From: Camelus dromedarius
Taxonomy: Eukaryota
Assembly: GCF_036321535.1 (NCBI RefSeq)
Contig: NC_087436.1
Location: 57,104,001-57,168,000 of the forward strand
DNA: 64,000 nt
Direction: 5' to 3'
The notes beneath the pieces were generated by a model, which saw nothing but the letters and a program-made list of their open reading frames with translations, was not told the origin of the DNA and made no database searches. The position numbers were made by a program, and so were the translations under genes. How positions within the stretch are numbered: the first letter of the stretch is position 1; the number at the start of each line of letters is the position of its first letter. Positions 1-13,704 of the stretch are shown here, in pieces.

Positions 1-731
1 GTTCAATAATAATGAAATAATGTAAATGTAAATGGTAATTAATAGAGAAACAGTTAATAAACTAATCCTATGCATAGTCAGACAGGAATGCTATGAAGTA
101 GCTGACTGTACTGATAAGTTATCCACGATAAATCATCAAATGACTTTTCTTAAAATGCAAACCAATACTATAATTATATTTTGTAGCCTAATGTGTGTGT
201 TTTATAATGGTGTGTAGGTTTGCTTTCATCCCTTAAATACATTTTTGGTAGAAGGATTACAGGTTATTTTTACTTGTTTGGTATGTACAAGTTAGAACAA
301 AAAATCTAGATAGCATTTATCAAAGAAAAATTGGAGGTGCTTTTATAATGCAAGTCCCTTCAAATGTATTTAGTTTGTGTTCTGAGCCTGGAACAAAGCA
401 TACATATTTACTATATGAAGGAATGCTGATTACCAGCTAGGACTTTCCTCAAGACATTATGTTCCTACTGACTCAGGTGTACGTAAATAAAGCTACAATG
501 CAATTAGAAAGGACACAAGAGAATATACCTCCCAAAACATCACTGTAAAGAGATCTGATCTGTAGAAAACAAACAAAATTACCAATGAAAAACTGCCTCC
601 TTCCCTTTTTGGCAGGGTGGGGGAAGGATCAACCCAGAAAATCCAATTCCCAAATAGTTGTAGGACCTCAGATGAGTCACTTAATCTTCTTAAACTTCAG
701 TCTTTTCATCTAAAAAACCCCAAAGCTATTA

Positions 732-908
<177 letters not shown>

Positions 909-1272
909 CTAATAAAATGAGAAAAGATTACTATTTTAAAAATAATACTCTAAGAATTATTTCACAAAGTTACCAAAATATTTAAGAACAAATGCTTTAA
1001 AAATACAAAGTGGAGAAATATGTACATAACAGCTTAAGTTCATTAAGTCCTATGATAAATTTTCAGAAAATGTTGTTTATCTAAAAAGTCCAAATTTATC
1101 TGAGCATATCTTAAAATGTATTGGATTTACTTATCATCAGTATAAAGGGAAAATTAAAACACAGTCCAATATGACAGTATAGTCAAGATTTTTGTTATTT
1201 TAATTGCAAGGTTGTACACTGAAGTCTCAAAAACTTCCTACTTACAAGTGAGTCCAGGCACTGTGTGGGGGA

Positions 1273-1352
1273 TGTGTGTGTATGTGTGTGTGAGTGAGAG
1301 AGAGAGGGAGAAAGAGAGAGAGAAAGAGAGCAGGGGAAGCAAGGAGAGAGAG
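1273..1352. repeat. Compound (TG)n/(AG)n microsatellite
   Basis: tgtgtgtgtatgtgtgtgtgagtgagagagagagggagaaagagagag... seen directly. Confidence 0.9.
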
Positions 1353-2489
1353 GATACAGTGATAAATATTTACAACGAACCACAATTCTGAAATAGTATT
1401 TTCAAAATCCAGTACTTCTAAGATGAGTGGGATAAAGGGCTCTTGATTTTTTGCTCTATTTCTAAACTGCTTGAATTTGTTCAAGAACATAATATATGGC
1501 TTACATAATTAAGTTTCAATATCCTATTTTTCTTTATTATTCTGTAACATTTCAGATTTCAGAAGACACTGGATATCCTATGATTTTCTTGTTAAGTTTC
1601 CTACATTGCCAATGAGTTACTTGTTTTAAAAAGATCTTAGCTTAAAAAATAAGCTTTTTTGTATTAAATAGCCTTAAATTGGGAATGCTCTTTTCTATAC
1701 TAGTTTTCCTCATATTGGATCCTCAGATACCCTATAAGCCCCTCCTCATTTTCAAAACAGCCAAAGCATATTCTTATCAAGCCTAGAACTATATTTATAT
1801 TTTATAACTTCCTGAATTATTTTATATGGATCTAAAAGCCTCTGTAGAGTGATTTACAAATGTCACCTTTAAATCTTTTGAAATAATGAGAGATCATTTG
1901 AAATTCAGATTACTTCAAGACAGTGCTCTGCTTTGGAGTAAGTGATTTGCTAAATTCCCCAAATTTCAGATTCTAATGAAATAAAAATACCAAGTCCACG
2001 TATCAATGTTATTTTCCCACTGTAATTATAAAATTAGAGATGTTTCTACAGGAAATAATCCCCTTGAGCTACATGAAAAATTGGCAATCAAGCTAAAGTA
2101 TTTTTAAACTGAGATTTGTTTCTTTATGTTGAATATTTTAATATTTCACCATGTTTATTCTGTTGAAAGCTCTTTCCAACATTGTAAATGTTGCTACGAG
2201 TGACTACATTCTTTGTTTCTATTTCTAAAAAAAAATCACATCATGAGGCAAATAATACTACCAGCAGGAGAAAGTGTAGATCCAAGATACCATTAAAGTT
2301 TCATAATTTAGCTAACAGAAAGAAGGTATCAAAATGATTTAGGAAAAAACAATTCATGTTAAAAATACCAGAGAACAATAGGAATAATATAATCTACACT
2401 TAAGAGTTCAAACTAACAGGCCTAGGACCACCCTCTGTTCAGAAATGTTTTATCTGGCCTGAATATTTTTTATCTTTCTGTACATTAGT

Positions 2490-2833
2490 TACCATAAAAA
2501 GGAACAAAGTACTGATACAACATGGATGAGCCTCAAAACCTTATGCTAAGTGAAAGAAGTCAGTCACAAAAGATCACATAGTACATGATCCCATCTACAC
2601 AAAATGTCCAGAATAGGCAAATCTATAAATACAGATTAGAGGTTGCCTAGGGCTAGGGGAGAGAAATGGGGAGTGATTGCTAATGGATACAAGGTTTCTT
2701 TTTGTTAAAATGTTCTAAAATTAGATTATGGTGATGGCCACACAACTTTGTAAATATACTAAACTCCATCAAATTATACACATTAAGTAGGTGATTTTTA
2801 TGGCATTTAAATTATACCTCAATAAAGCTGTTA
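2490..2833 (+). mobile_element. Old L1 3' end (L1M-type)
   Basis: catggatgagcctcaaaaccttatgctaagtgaaagaagtcagtcacaaaag...tacctcaataaagctgtt matches recalled L1MB-like 3' UTR. Confidence 0.8.
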
Positions 2834-3314
2834 AATTGATGATCAACACTAAATAAAAATCCAGTCTTTTCACTGTATTTGAAAAATCTGAATTATCTGA
2901 TAAAAACAGGCTGTCAGTGACATCACATGGTCATATACTGCTGAAGCTAAGGAGCAGCTACCCCTTTTAGAAAGGGTATGCACCAGTGTTCACCACTTCA
3001 AAGTTACTTGTCCAGCCCATACAAATATTCCTAAGTTTCAGACTGGGGGAGGGGAATTGGGGATGGTGGTGGTGATGATAAGCACAAAGGTGAAAAATAT
3101 CTGAACCCGCAATGAAATGATTCCCTTAAGATCATTCAACTACTAAGTGTCAGAGATAGGGATAAACTACTTACTAATCTAATCTTCAGAGACTTAATCT
3201 CTGTAAAACTCAACTGAATAGTCAATTTTTATCTGCTCTATAATAAGAGATAGGTACCTATTACATACCTATTATAGTCCAACTACAGCCACTCATTTTG
3301 TTTCCATAGGTCAA

Positions 3315-3533
3315 TCGGTATTTCTCAGCAAGGGTGCTACTGGCAGGACAATTCTTTCATTCTACAGGACTGTCCTCAGTGTTGTAGGGTGTTTAGCATC
3401 CCTGACCATATGGCACTAAATGTCAATAGCAACCCCTTTTTACTATGGGGAGAGAAAGAAAAAAAGCCTCCTGACATTTCTGAGTTTCCAGTGGGAGATG
3501 AAGGTAAGAGGGGTGTCCCCATTTTAGAACCAT
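3315..3533 (-). mobile_element. MER20-like hAT-Charlie element
   Basis: ggactgtcctcagtgttgtagggtgtttagcatccctg...aaatgtcaatagca resembles the reverse complement of MER20. Confidence 0.6.
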
Positions 3534-3800
3534 TCAAACACAAAAAATTCATAACCTATGAGAGATATTGAGAGAAGATCAAATTATATTATTTATAGGT
3601 GAATAAACCACACTTACTGTAAGTTAAGATTCTCAACAAGTAAATCCCTGGCATTTGCCTTTATTATATAAAAGTTAATAATTATCTTCAAAAGCTATCT
3701 TGAGAAAAGTGACTATCCACAATATATACCATTGGATATAGGAGACATTTTAATCATCATTACAGCTATAATAACCAATTACTATAAAAGGGTATATAAC

Positions 3801-3972
3801 CTTAAGTAAATCACTGTCACTTCTCTGTGGAAAAAGTTCCTTCAAGGTCTGAAGTTTAGCATCTTTAAGGTCTTCCAATTCCGAAAGGTCTTCCAGTTCT
3901 GAAATATCATTATTATTTCTACCTGTCATGGTAGGAAGGCCTTGGGACTCTTCATCTTCAGATGGCTCAGAA
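3801..3972 (-). CDS. SMARCAD1: SMARCAD1 exon 4 (includes start of CUE1 domain)
   Basis: 172 nt. Acceptor ttttag, donor AAG|gttata. Encodes (V)[57 protein letters not shown]. Cumulative CDS 190+178+172=540 nt, phase 0. Confidence 0.96.
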
Positions 3973-6609
3973 CTAAAAATATTTTCAGAGAAAAAACACA
4001 GTATTTTAACGTATTACCAATGTTATTTCATTATAACTGTGTATATGCGTTTATATAAAATACAGTATCTCTATAGTTCTTTTTAATAATAAATTTAATC
4101 TATACCTGTCAAAGATTAAAACAACTTTTTTCATTTCAGTATGACTGTGTATATAAATTTACAATTCCAAAGTCAATATTCTTTGAAAATATCTCAAATT
4201 ATCTAGTCTGGGATAGAAAAGAACAAAAAAACCTGCACTGATTTTCTTAAGATCCATACTCATTTATTGCATGCTCACCTTCTCTTTCCTACTATTTTTT
4301 CACTTACACTCTGCATAAAAGGTGGGTGTTGTCATGTTGCTCCACAGAAATTAATGAAGTGTACACTAAGACAAAGATAAAGGAATTTTCATAGCCTACC
4401 CAGGTGATCAAAATCAAAGTGTTAAAATCAGATGGTCCCATTTAGCATCAGAATGTCTACCAGGAACAAAACATTTCTTCAATAGACAGTGAGCACTTAA
4501 TTTTACGTAAGGCTTCATCCTACAACAACTAACTTTAATCTCACTCCATTTCAGTTTATATGTTTATCCTATATAAAAGACATTTGGGGCCAAATTTACT
4601 AAACTATCTCCCAAACAAAAAAAATCTCATTTTGAAATTTTGGTTTTCTACCATAGTAAGCATTCTGAAGATCAGAAAGCAGAAATACAACAAACAGGCA
4701 GAAGTTATAAAGATCACAGAAAGAAATACACTTAAGTGTATGCCTAGTGCCAGAGACCACAGACTTTATTATGCAGCTAATTCTCTTTTCGGACAGCTCT
4801 CTTAGACACTTATCCAGGACCTGTATTTTAGTAACTTCTCTGTATCTGTTCATCTTAGTTCAGCTGTTACCTATTAGGGCACTGGTTATGCATAAGAATT
4901 CCCTGAAAGCATATAAAAACAGATTCTGCAGGACTATGAATACGTATTTTTACCAAGTTTCTAGGTTGACTTCTTGAACTTTGCTCTGAAAAACTGCTCT
5001 AAAGTAACAAGGTAAAATAAATCTCTTAACATTATGGCTGTCCTTCAATATTTGAAGACAATTACGTGTGTCTGTTTCCATTATACCCAGACTTCTCATT
5101 CCTAATGTACCCAACTCTAAATTTTCACTCTGCCTCACTACATGGACACTTTCTAACTGTTTTGTCTCTTAGTTCACCAAGAAAATGAAAGCATTCACGT
5201 TGGAATACTTTCGAAATTCCTGTACTGAATAACCACTTCAAAGGTCCTTATTTTCCTGATCTTCACAACCTTATCCTAGTGATCAGATTGATCACAACTC
5301 TGTAGGACAAACTCAAGTGACTCTTGATGTAGTAAGTCTTCATGCTGACCAAGAATCTTAGCATGCCTTGGACTTAATGTCCAGTTACAGGAAATACAAA
5401 CGATAAAGGAATAAATTCAATACCATCATGAAGAGACAATCAGAAAAGTCTATTTTCTTTAAGAAAACATTTGATTTCTTTAAAAAGTTAAAATCCTTAA
5501 AAAAAAGAGGAGGAGGGGAGTTGATTATTTTAAGATCAAAAGAAAGGGAAGAGTCTTAACATCCACTTGTAGTAGATGCTCCTTGTTTAGATCCTGGTTT
5601 GAAGAATCAGCTACAAAACACATGAAATCTGAATATAAACTGGGAATTAGATGATGTAAAAATTTGTTCACTGGTAACAGCATTCTTTTTTTGGAAGGGG
5701 GATATATAGCCAAGTATTACGGGGAGAAATGTTGGGGACATCTACAGTTTACTTTAAAATATTTCAGCTAATAATAGTAATCAATAAAACAATGAAAAAC
5801 AGGGAAAACAATAATTATTAAATACAGGTGGCATATATATATGTTCATTATTTATTAATTTTCTTGTATGACTGAAGCTTTAAAAATAAAAGAAAAAATT
5901 CCACAAGAACAAGAATTGACCACTATGTGTACTTTTATCCAGTCGCAGATCAACCAAGTTATCCTCTTCTGTCAAAGTCCCCTCTGTGTTAAGGGATTCT
6001 AGCCCTTTCTACTTCCTACAGGGCCTTAACTATCTATTATCTTCTCTTCCAATCTTTTCTCTCTCCTTAAACTCTTTCTCCTAAGCCTATGATGTACTAA
6101 AGACTGCATTTCATTCAATGTGCCAGAGGTTCTAGGCACTGTGGACACAGCAGTGAAATAAGCAAATTCTCCTGTCGACTTCACAAATGTTGTAAGAGTG
6201 ACTTTCTATTTCCTCATTTCCTATGTAGTTCTTAATTTACTGTTTTATATCCTCTGTCCCACCACTTTGGTGAAACTGTTCTGAGGGCAATGATATCCTC
6301 TAAAACATCAAGTGTGATTTGAAAACAAAACAAAACAAATTTTTCATTGGTTATCTGTTCCTTTGTGGTTCCGTACATTGTCGCTCTTTGAAAATCTGGC
6401 CCTATCCGAAACTTCACTGTGCAAAGGTTCTATTACTTCTGATTTTCTCTGTATCTCTTAGCCTGTTCTTAATCTCTGCAGAAGGCTTTCCTCCTTTTTT
6501 CACCTTCTTGAATTGTCAGTATTACCTAGGATTCTATCTTCAGACCCTTCTTGTCTATTAATGCTTCCTGAAAGATTTCATCAACTGCCAGTTTCTATTA
6601 TCTGTATTA

Positions 6610-6834
6610 GTGGTCCTCGAGTCAGGGGGCAGGGCACAGGCGGATTCCATCTCCAGAGAACATTTGGCAATGTCTGGAGACATTTTTGATCGTCTTGACT
6701 AGGGAAGTGCAACCTAGCATTTAGCTGGTAGAGGACAGGGGGTTCGCTAAACATCCTACAACGTAAAGAACCGTCCCTCACAACAAAGAGCTACCTGGTC
6801 CAAAATGTCAATAGTGTCAAGGTAAGAAACCCTG
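6610..6834 (+). mobile_element. MER20 (hAT-Charlie)
   Basis: catttggcaatgtctggagacatttttg...aaacatcctacaa...caaaatgtcaatagtgtcaaggtaagaaaccctg matches the recalled MER20 consensus. Confidence 0.85.
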
Positions 6835-6839
6835 ATAAC

Positions 6840-9085
6840 CAAAAAGACCTATGCATGGGTACTGATTGTAACTACGGAACATTCATATAATGCAGTACTA
6901 TGGAGTTGTTAAAAAGAATTAAGTATTTTTATGAGCTGACATGATTTCTAGAATATATTTATATACTGCTAATAAAACAAAGAATAACTGTGTGTAGATA
7001 TATTTGTATCTATACATACACAGCACAAGTTATATAGCACTATCTTTTGTGTAAAAAGCAAGAGAAAAAAAGATACATGAAAGAAAAAGTATGAATAGAA
7101 ACTAAACAAACTGGTTAATTCTGAGATGGGGTGAGGGATGGGGCTGGAAGGAAAAGTGATAGGAAGTTAATTTAACACTTCTCTAAGCACATTCTACACA
7201 GAGTTTTGATTTTTGGAACCATGTTAATATTTTAAATATTTAAAAGTAAAATTTAAAAAAGGGACAAGGGAAAAATTTTAAAAGGAATACAAACAAATTA
7301 ATGAACTGATCTTTAAAAGAAAAATTTAAATAAATAATCCAAATACTTTAACCACATACCCTCAAATCTTGAACTCTTAGGGGGCTTAATGGTCAAGTGG
7401 TATGGTTACAACAATTCTGAAACTATTTTATGTATACTGGATGATTGAACAAATTAGCAAATATACTAAAACTGGTGGAAGCAGAGCTGTCACTGTCAGA
7501 GAAGGAAATTTGGATAGGCAAGGAAGAGCCCTGTAGCGGTAGATTACAATTAAATATATCATTATAAACTCCTGATTTTAAAAAACAACAACAAAAAATT
7601 CTCCCCGTCTCATATATTTTAGCCCATTTTGCTGAAAAGGCAATGACATAATCCCCTGCTTCACCCAAAAGCAAAGAAAGAACACACCTAGTCCTCAGAT
7701 TTCCAAATACCATTCCCTTTAAAAGGAACAGTGATATTTGGAGAAATGGCAAATTCTAATTTCAGGCCTTGAGTAGGGGAAGTACTAGTCTGGAACATCT
7801 TGTGCCAGAAAGGAAAGGGTCAAAAAATGACAGGAAACTCTCCAAACCAGAGTCTGCTGAAAGGGGTCCTCCTCTGCCAAAACTGAGCAATTTGAACATC
7901 AAAATGAGTAACAGTAGTAATAGATTATAATCCATTGAGCAGAAAAGTACCTACAATTCCATTTTTTTATTTACTGTACTAACTAAATATATGAATAAAT
8001 GAATAAAGGGAAAAGGGAAAACTATCTATAGTAGAACATCAAATAATAAAAGTATAAATTCTAGAACGCCAGTTAGAATACCACATTTCACAACTACTAT
8101 TGTAATAACTGACGCACGCAAGAATCATCAATAGACGCCACAACTACTGAAGGGCAGTCTGCTGAGGAGGAGGATCGTTACCTGTCTTAAAAGTGACTCG
8201 TCACAGATGACTTGATCATTACAAAGGGGAAAATGGTTAACTTTACAGAAGAAACCTGGCAGGTTTCTGAGTGGATAAAGTTCACTTCACTAATTATCAG
8301 TGTGCCTCCTAACATGACACGCTGAGGAGGACACAAAATCACTTTTGTAGCTCATGCCACTTAATCTAAATTTAATCAAGAAGAAACACCCGGGATGTAG
8401 AAATAGAGACATTCTAAAAAGAAAAATGGCCTGTTAGCTTCAAAGGCCAATATCATGAGAATCAAGAAGACTGAGAAACTTTCAGATTGAACAAGATTAA
8501 ATACACATGACAAACTAAATCCAACATATTGCTGGGAAAAATTTTACTATAAAGTACTATTCAAAATATGGTCCATGAAATGAAACTGTTTAGTTATCTG
8601 TCCATGGTAAGATAAGAAAGTTAAACCAGAAGGAAAAACAACTACATTACTAAAGCACATTGCTTAGTTCAGCTGATTTTTTTCCCCATTACAAGACTTT
8701 CTTGGTCAAGAAATGAGTACATTGATTTATATTATAGGGCACACTTGTAATTGACAAACCACTACTCTGAGTGGCACCACTATCAAGAACATTATTGGGA
8801 AAACTGATAAAATTTAAATATGGACTATGTATTAGCAGTATAGTACCAAAGTTAATTGGTATTTCTGAATTTGAAATGCTACTTTTGTTATGTGAGAGAA
8901 TGATCTTATTCTTAGGAGGTAAATATGAAATTATGAGAGGGAAAGGTTTCAGTAATAATTCTAATCATTATTTTATGAAGGTGATAAATGTGGGGAAATG
9001 TTAACAATGGGTGAAACTTTTTAAAAGGACTGTGGACTTGCAACTTTTCTGTAAGTCGAAAAGTTTTTCAAAATAAAAAGTAAAA
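6840..9085 (+). mobile_element. Degenerate old L1 (L1MC/L1ME-type) 3' fragments
   Basis: A-rich strand bias and L1M 3' UTR-like motifs, ending cttgcaacttttctgtaagt...aaataaaa. Confidence 0.6.
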
Positions 9086-9224
9086 ATTGGAGTGCTAATG
9101 TATCAATTTTTCTCAGGATTTACTGCACAGGACCTTCACTAATTTTTTATTTCAGAGTGAAGTTCAGGATAAAGGCATGTACACTGGGGCCTTAAAAAGT
9201 TCATTTTAAGAACTCATCTTAGCA

Positions 9225-10400
9225 GTGGACAGTTGATCTCTTGCACCTTTCTGCAACACTTCTTCACTTAGCTTCTGATGACTTTTGACTTTTCTCTTAT
9301 CTCAGTGACTGCTTCTTCTTAGAACCTTCTACAGGTTTCTTCCCACCTTCCTGTTCTTAGAATCCATAGCTCCCCTGGCTTAAGTCCTTAAACTAAGAGA
9401 TCTTCTCTTTTCCAGCTATACTCGTATCTCTTAGTGATTTCATCTAATCATGTACATTTAAATATCAAATCTATATCCTGACAATTCCTAAATTTAGATA
9501 TGGAACCTAGACCTCTCTCCAGAACCCACATATCACAAATCCAGTTGCCTACCTGACATGTCTACTTAGATGTTTAAGAGTCTTCTCAATCACAGAATGT
9601 CCAAGACTGAACTGCCAATCTTTCCTTCAAAAGGCGCTCCCCCACCATACCCAAGAGAGTATTCTTTATCCCAGTTAGTGTTAACTCCATCCTTTCAGTT
9701 GTCCAAGCCAAGTATCTTAGGGTCATCCTTGATTCCTTTCTCTCCTATTCCATTTGAAATCTATCAATAAATCTTCTGTGTTCTATCTTCGGAGCATATC
9801 CAGAACCTAAACCACTTCTTATCACTCCCACAGGCTAACTAGCATGGTCTAAGCTTCCATCATTTTTGCCGTTGGTTATCACAACAGCATTCATACTTCT
9901 AACTACTACTCTCCTACAGCCTCAAAGACTTTTAAACATGCAAGTCAGATTATTTTACTCCTCTGCTCAACATGCTCCATTAGCTTCCCATCTCATTCAG
10001 AATAAAAACCAAACAGCCTATGGGCTTAACATGAACATGATTAAGCCCCTTCTCTATCCCACTCCTCATCTTATGACCTCAGGTCCTTCACTTTGCATTA
10101 TTACCCCCCTACTTTCCTCAAAAATACCAGGCATATCACTTCAGGGTCATTAAACAGGCTATTTATATTCCCAACGCCCCTCCCACTACATCCATATGGT
10201 TCCCTTTCTTAGCTCTTTCACGTCTTTGCTCAAATATCTTCTCAATGGAGCCTTTCCAACTGTAGTCTTTAGGAACCATGCCCTTAACCCTGACCCCAAA
10301 CTCTGTATTTCCCTTCCCTTTTGCCCATATTTAACATATTGTATTTTTTATTTATTTACTGTCTACCTAAGTATAATACAAGCTCTGTGCTAGCTCACAA
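9225..10400 (+). mobile_element. L2 LINE fragment
   Basis: ccagttgcctacctgacatgtctacttagatgtttaa...gtcatccttgattcctttctctc are typical L2 motifs. Confidence 0.75.
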
Positions 10401-10571
10401 AATGTGTCCCAAAAATGTTAAAATGATTTGATTCTAGGATTCAAGAACAAAACATAAAGCAGTTATAAACAATCAAAGGTACTTGTTAAAATAACTTCCC
10501 TATCTATGGAGAACTAAAAAATTAAATCTCTGCTCTCACTAAACTTTTTCTTGAAGATCAGTTATCCAGAA

Positions 10572-10572
<1 letters not shown>

Positions 10573-10612
<40 letters not shown>

Positions 10613-10631
10613 CACACATACATACACACAC
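10573..10631. repeat. (CA)n microsatellite in SMARCAD1 intron 3
   Basis: Seen directly. Confidence 0.95.
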
Positions 10632-10793
10632 ATGTACCTCTCTTTATCTCTAAATTAGGAAAAAATGAGCAAGCTGCAGTCAGGAAAAGGCAAAAAAAAA
10701 AGGGGGGGAGTCATCAACATTTTTCAGTTTGAGTAACTTTTTCTCAAAACAAATCTTATACACATAAATAGAATGAATCTATTAAGTTGCTTA

Positions 10794-11039
<246 letters not shown>

Positions 11040-11289
11040 TTATAGTCATGTGCTAAAAATCTTTAGCTTCATTCACTGTTTCCATCCTAAAACCAAAAAT
11101 TCCTCCCACTTTTTAAAGAAAACAAATTAATAGTCAACCAGTGCTGGCATTAAGTGATTTCCCATTTCACAGGTTACTTACCAGCAAGACCTTAGTAGAC
11201 ACTGCAAAACAGAGGTTTGTATTTAACATTTTAACCCTTTTCTCTTTGTGCTCTTGTTTCCTAGTACCCAGTTCTTGCCTAAGAGAACA

Positions 11290-11490
11290 TGGAGACACTA
11301 GAGCCCAAAAGACTTGAATTTCTATCCCATCTCTTAGTTAAGTTAGTGAATCTCTTAAGTCTCAGTGTCTTCATCTGTAAAATAGAGATAGTAATAATTA
11401 CAAGACTAATGTGCACATAAAATCAGATGATATATATTAAGCACTTAGTTCAGTAACTGGCACGTAGCCAGTACCCAACAAACATTAGCT
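11290..11490. mobile_element. MIR SINE
   Basis: MIR core ctcagtgtcttcatctgtaaaatagagatagtaata. Confidence 0.75.
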
Positions 11491-11507
11491 CTTATGCAAA
11501 TACAGGA

Positions 11508-11890
11508 ATTATGGGCAAAATTATGTCCCCTCCAAAATGTTGAAATTTCAACCTCCAGTACCTCAAAATGTAATGTATTTGGAGACAAGTCCTTCACAGA
11601 GGTGACTAGGTTAAAATGAGGCCATTAAGTTAGTGACCTAATCCAATATAACCGATGTCCTTATAAGAGAGAGACACCAAGGAAGTGTGTTCATGAAGGA
11701 AAGGTAATGTGAGTTTAGAGTGGGAAGGTGGCCGCCTGCAAACCAAAGAGAAAGGCCGTAAAAGAAACCAAACCTGCCAACACCTTGACCTTGGATTTCT
11801 AGCCTCCAGATATGGGAGAAAATAAATGTCTGCAATTTAAGCCACCCAGTCTGTGGTATTATGTTATGGCAACCCTAACAAACTAATAAA
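11508..11890 (+). mobile_element. MLT1B/C-type MaLR solo LTR
   Basis: gtatttggagacaagtcctt...ccttgaccttggatttctagcctccaga...aataaat...aagccacccagtctgtggtattatgttatggcaaccctaacaaactaata. Confidence 0.85.
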
Positions 11891-12060
11891 GTTGGCATCA
11901 TCTGTCTATCCAGAACAGATGAGTATAGTATTCCACCATGGTTTTCTCTCTCCAAGGGCTGAGTTTCAAAATTATTCTCCCCTATACATTTGAGGAGAAG
12001 AGATCAGATTTAAGGAATTCATATTAAAGTAAAAGTATCCAGTGCCTTGTTTAGTGAATA

Positions 12061-12428
12061 CAGTTGTCCCTCAGTATCCCTGAGGTTTGTGGGGATTGGT
12101 TCCAGGGCCTCCCTGCTTCCCCCACACACACCAGAACTGGTGGATGCTCAAGTCCCTTATATAAAATGGCATCTATTTGCATATAACCTATGCACACAGC
12201 TAGATTACTTATAATACCTAGTATCAGTGTAAATTCTAGGTAACTAGTTGTAAATACAAATATGAAAGCTGTAATAAATATGAAATACGAAAGTTGTAAT
12301 AAACAGTTGCAGTATGGCAAGTGCAAGTTTTGTTACTTGGAACTTTCTGGATTTTTTTCTTTTAATATTTTCCATAGTAGTTGGTTGAAACTGTAGATGA
12401 GGGAACCTATGGATAAGAGGACCAGTTG
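12061..12428 (+). mobile_element. MER2 (TcMar-Tigger non-autonomous element)
   Basis: ta|cagttgtccctcagtatcc...ggataagaggaccagttg|ta gives inverted termini with TA flanks; internal ggatgctcaagtcccttatataaaatggc. Confidence 0.85.
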
Positions 12429-13704
12429 TATGTTTTAAAAAGCAATGACCACATGGATCTTTAATTCAAAGGTGCTGATTTAAAAAAAACAATAGCTATC
12501 ATTAACTGTTGTTCAGTATCAAGTCCATAAGTGAAACACATATTCAATCCTTACAATGACTCTGAGGGCACATTATATCATAATTTTATAGATAAACTAA
12601 AGTTTACAGAAAGCAACTTGTCCAAAGTCATAGGAGAAAGCAGCAAATCTAAAATCCAAGACCAAAAGTCTAAATCCTGACACCCTAAAACTCTTGGCCT
12701 CCCCCCATTAACTGTCATGAAACGATAGCAATCATTATTATAAGGCTCTTGAGCCATATTTGTAAGTAACATTAACCAAGACCTACATAACCAATTGCCT
12801 GGAGGACACTAAAAATACATTTTTTAACTTCCTGCAATGAAGTCCTAGCAACACTACTGAAAAGCAAATCACAAAATTATTCGAAAAGAACAATTTTATA
12901 AATGCTGAATGTGCTGTGGGCAAAAAATTTTGCTTTGGAACCAATCACAGCTATGTTAACTGCCGTATGTATAAAGCCACTTACAAATTCTGGTTATTAT
13001 GTAAAGTAATAAAATTACAATCCAATTAGCGTAAAACAAGTAAGAAGTTACTATGGAATCTGCTTTTTTACAGTGTTCCTGATATACAAAAATCACACAT
13101 AAAACTAAAAATTTAGATCTTTACTGTATCAAAAGTCTGACCTAAAGCTAATGCATATGACTTGAACAGTTTAACAACAGTGTCCTGGTTTCTTACACTT
13201 GAAAAGGGCTATTGTAAAATGATGTGGATTGTCCACTTTTCTTTAAAAAGCTTTTTCATTCAAAATGAAGAATAATTTTTTCAAAATTAGTCATTCAAAT
13301 GTCTTATGCTTAGGGGGGGCTCTAAATATCCTATTAGTGAGTATAAGGAGAACTAGAGTTTCTTGAACTTGATTATATATTCATCTTTTCTTTTGATTTT
13401 TCTCCCCTTATGATATACAGATTATAGTACAAAATATATGGTGAAGACATACCAATTTTTAAAACTCATGCTTAATATGCTTCATTAACAAGACAGTAAA
13501 AAATAAAGGAAAAGCTGGGCTTACTCTCCTACATGTACTCAATTACTTAGAACTTTTATTGAATATGTAATGTATACCATCAAGATATATACATTAACAT
13601 GTATACCACACTGAATCAAGTGGTATCCCCATAGCCTGACTGGTAAGTGACTAAAAGAGGAGGTGGTTTGATAATATGGGGGAATGAGGGAAGGTTACAA
13701 TATA

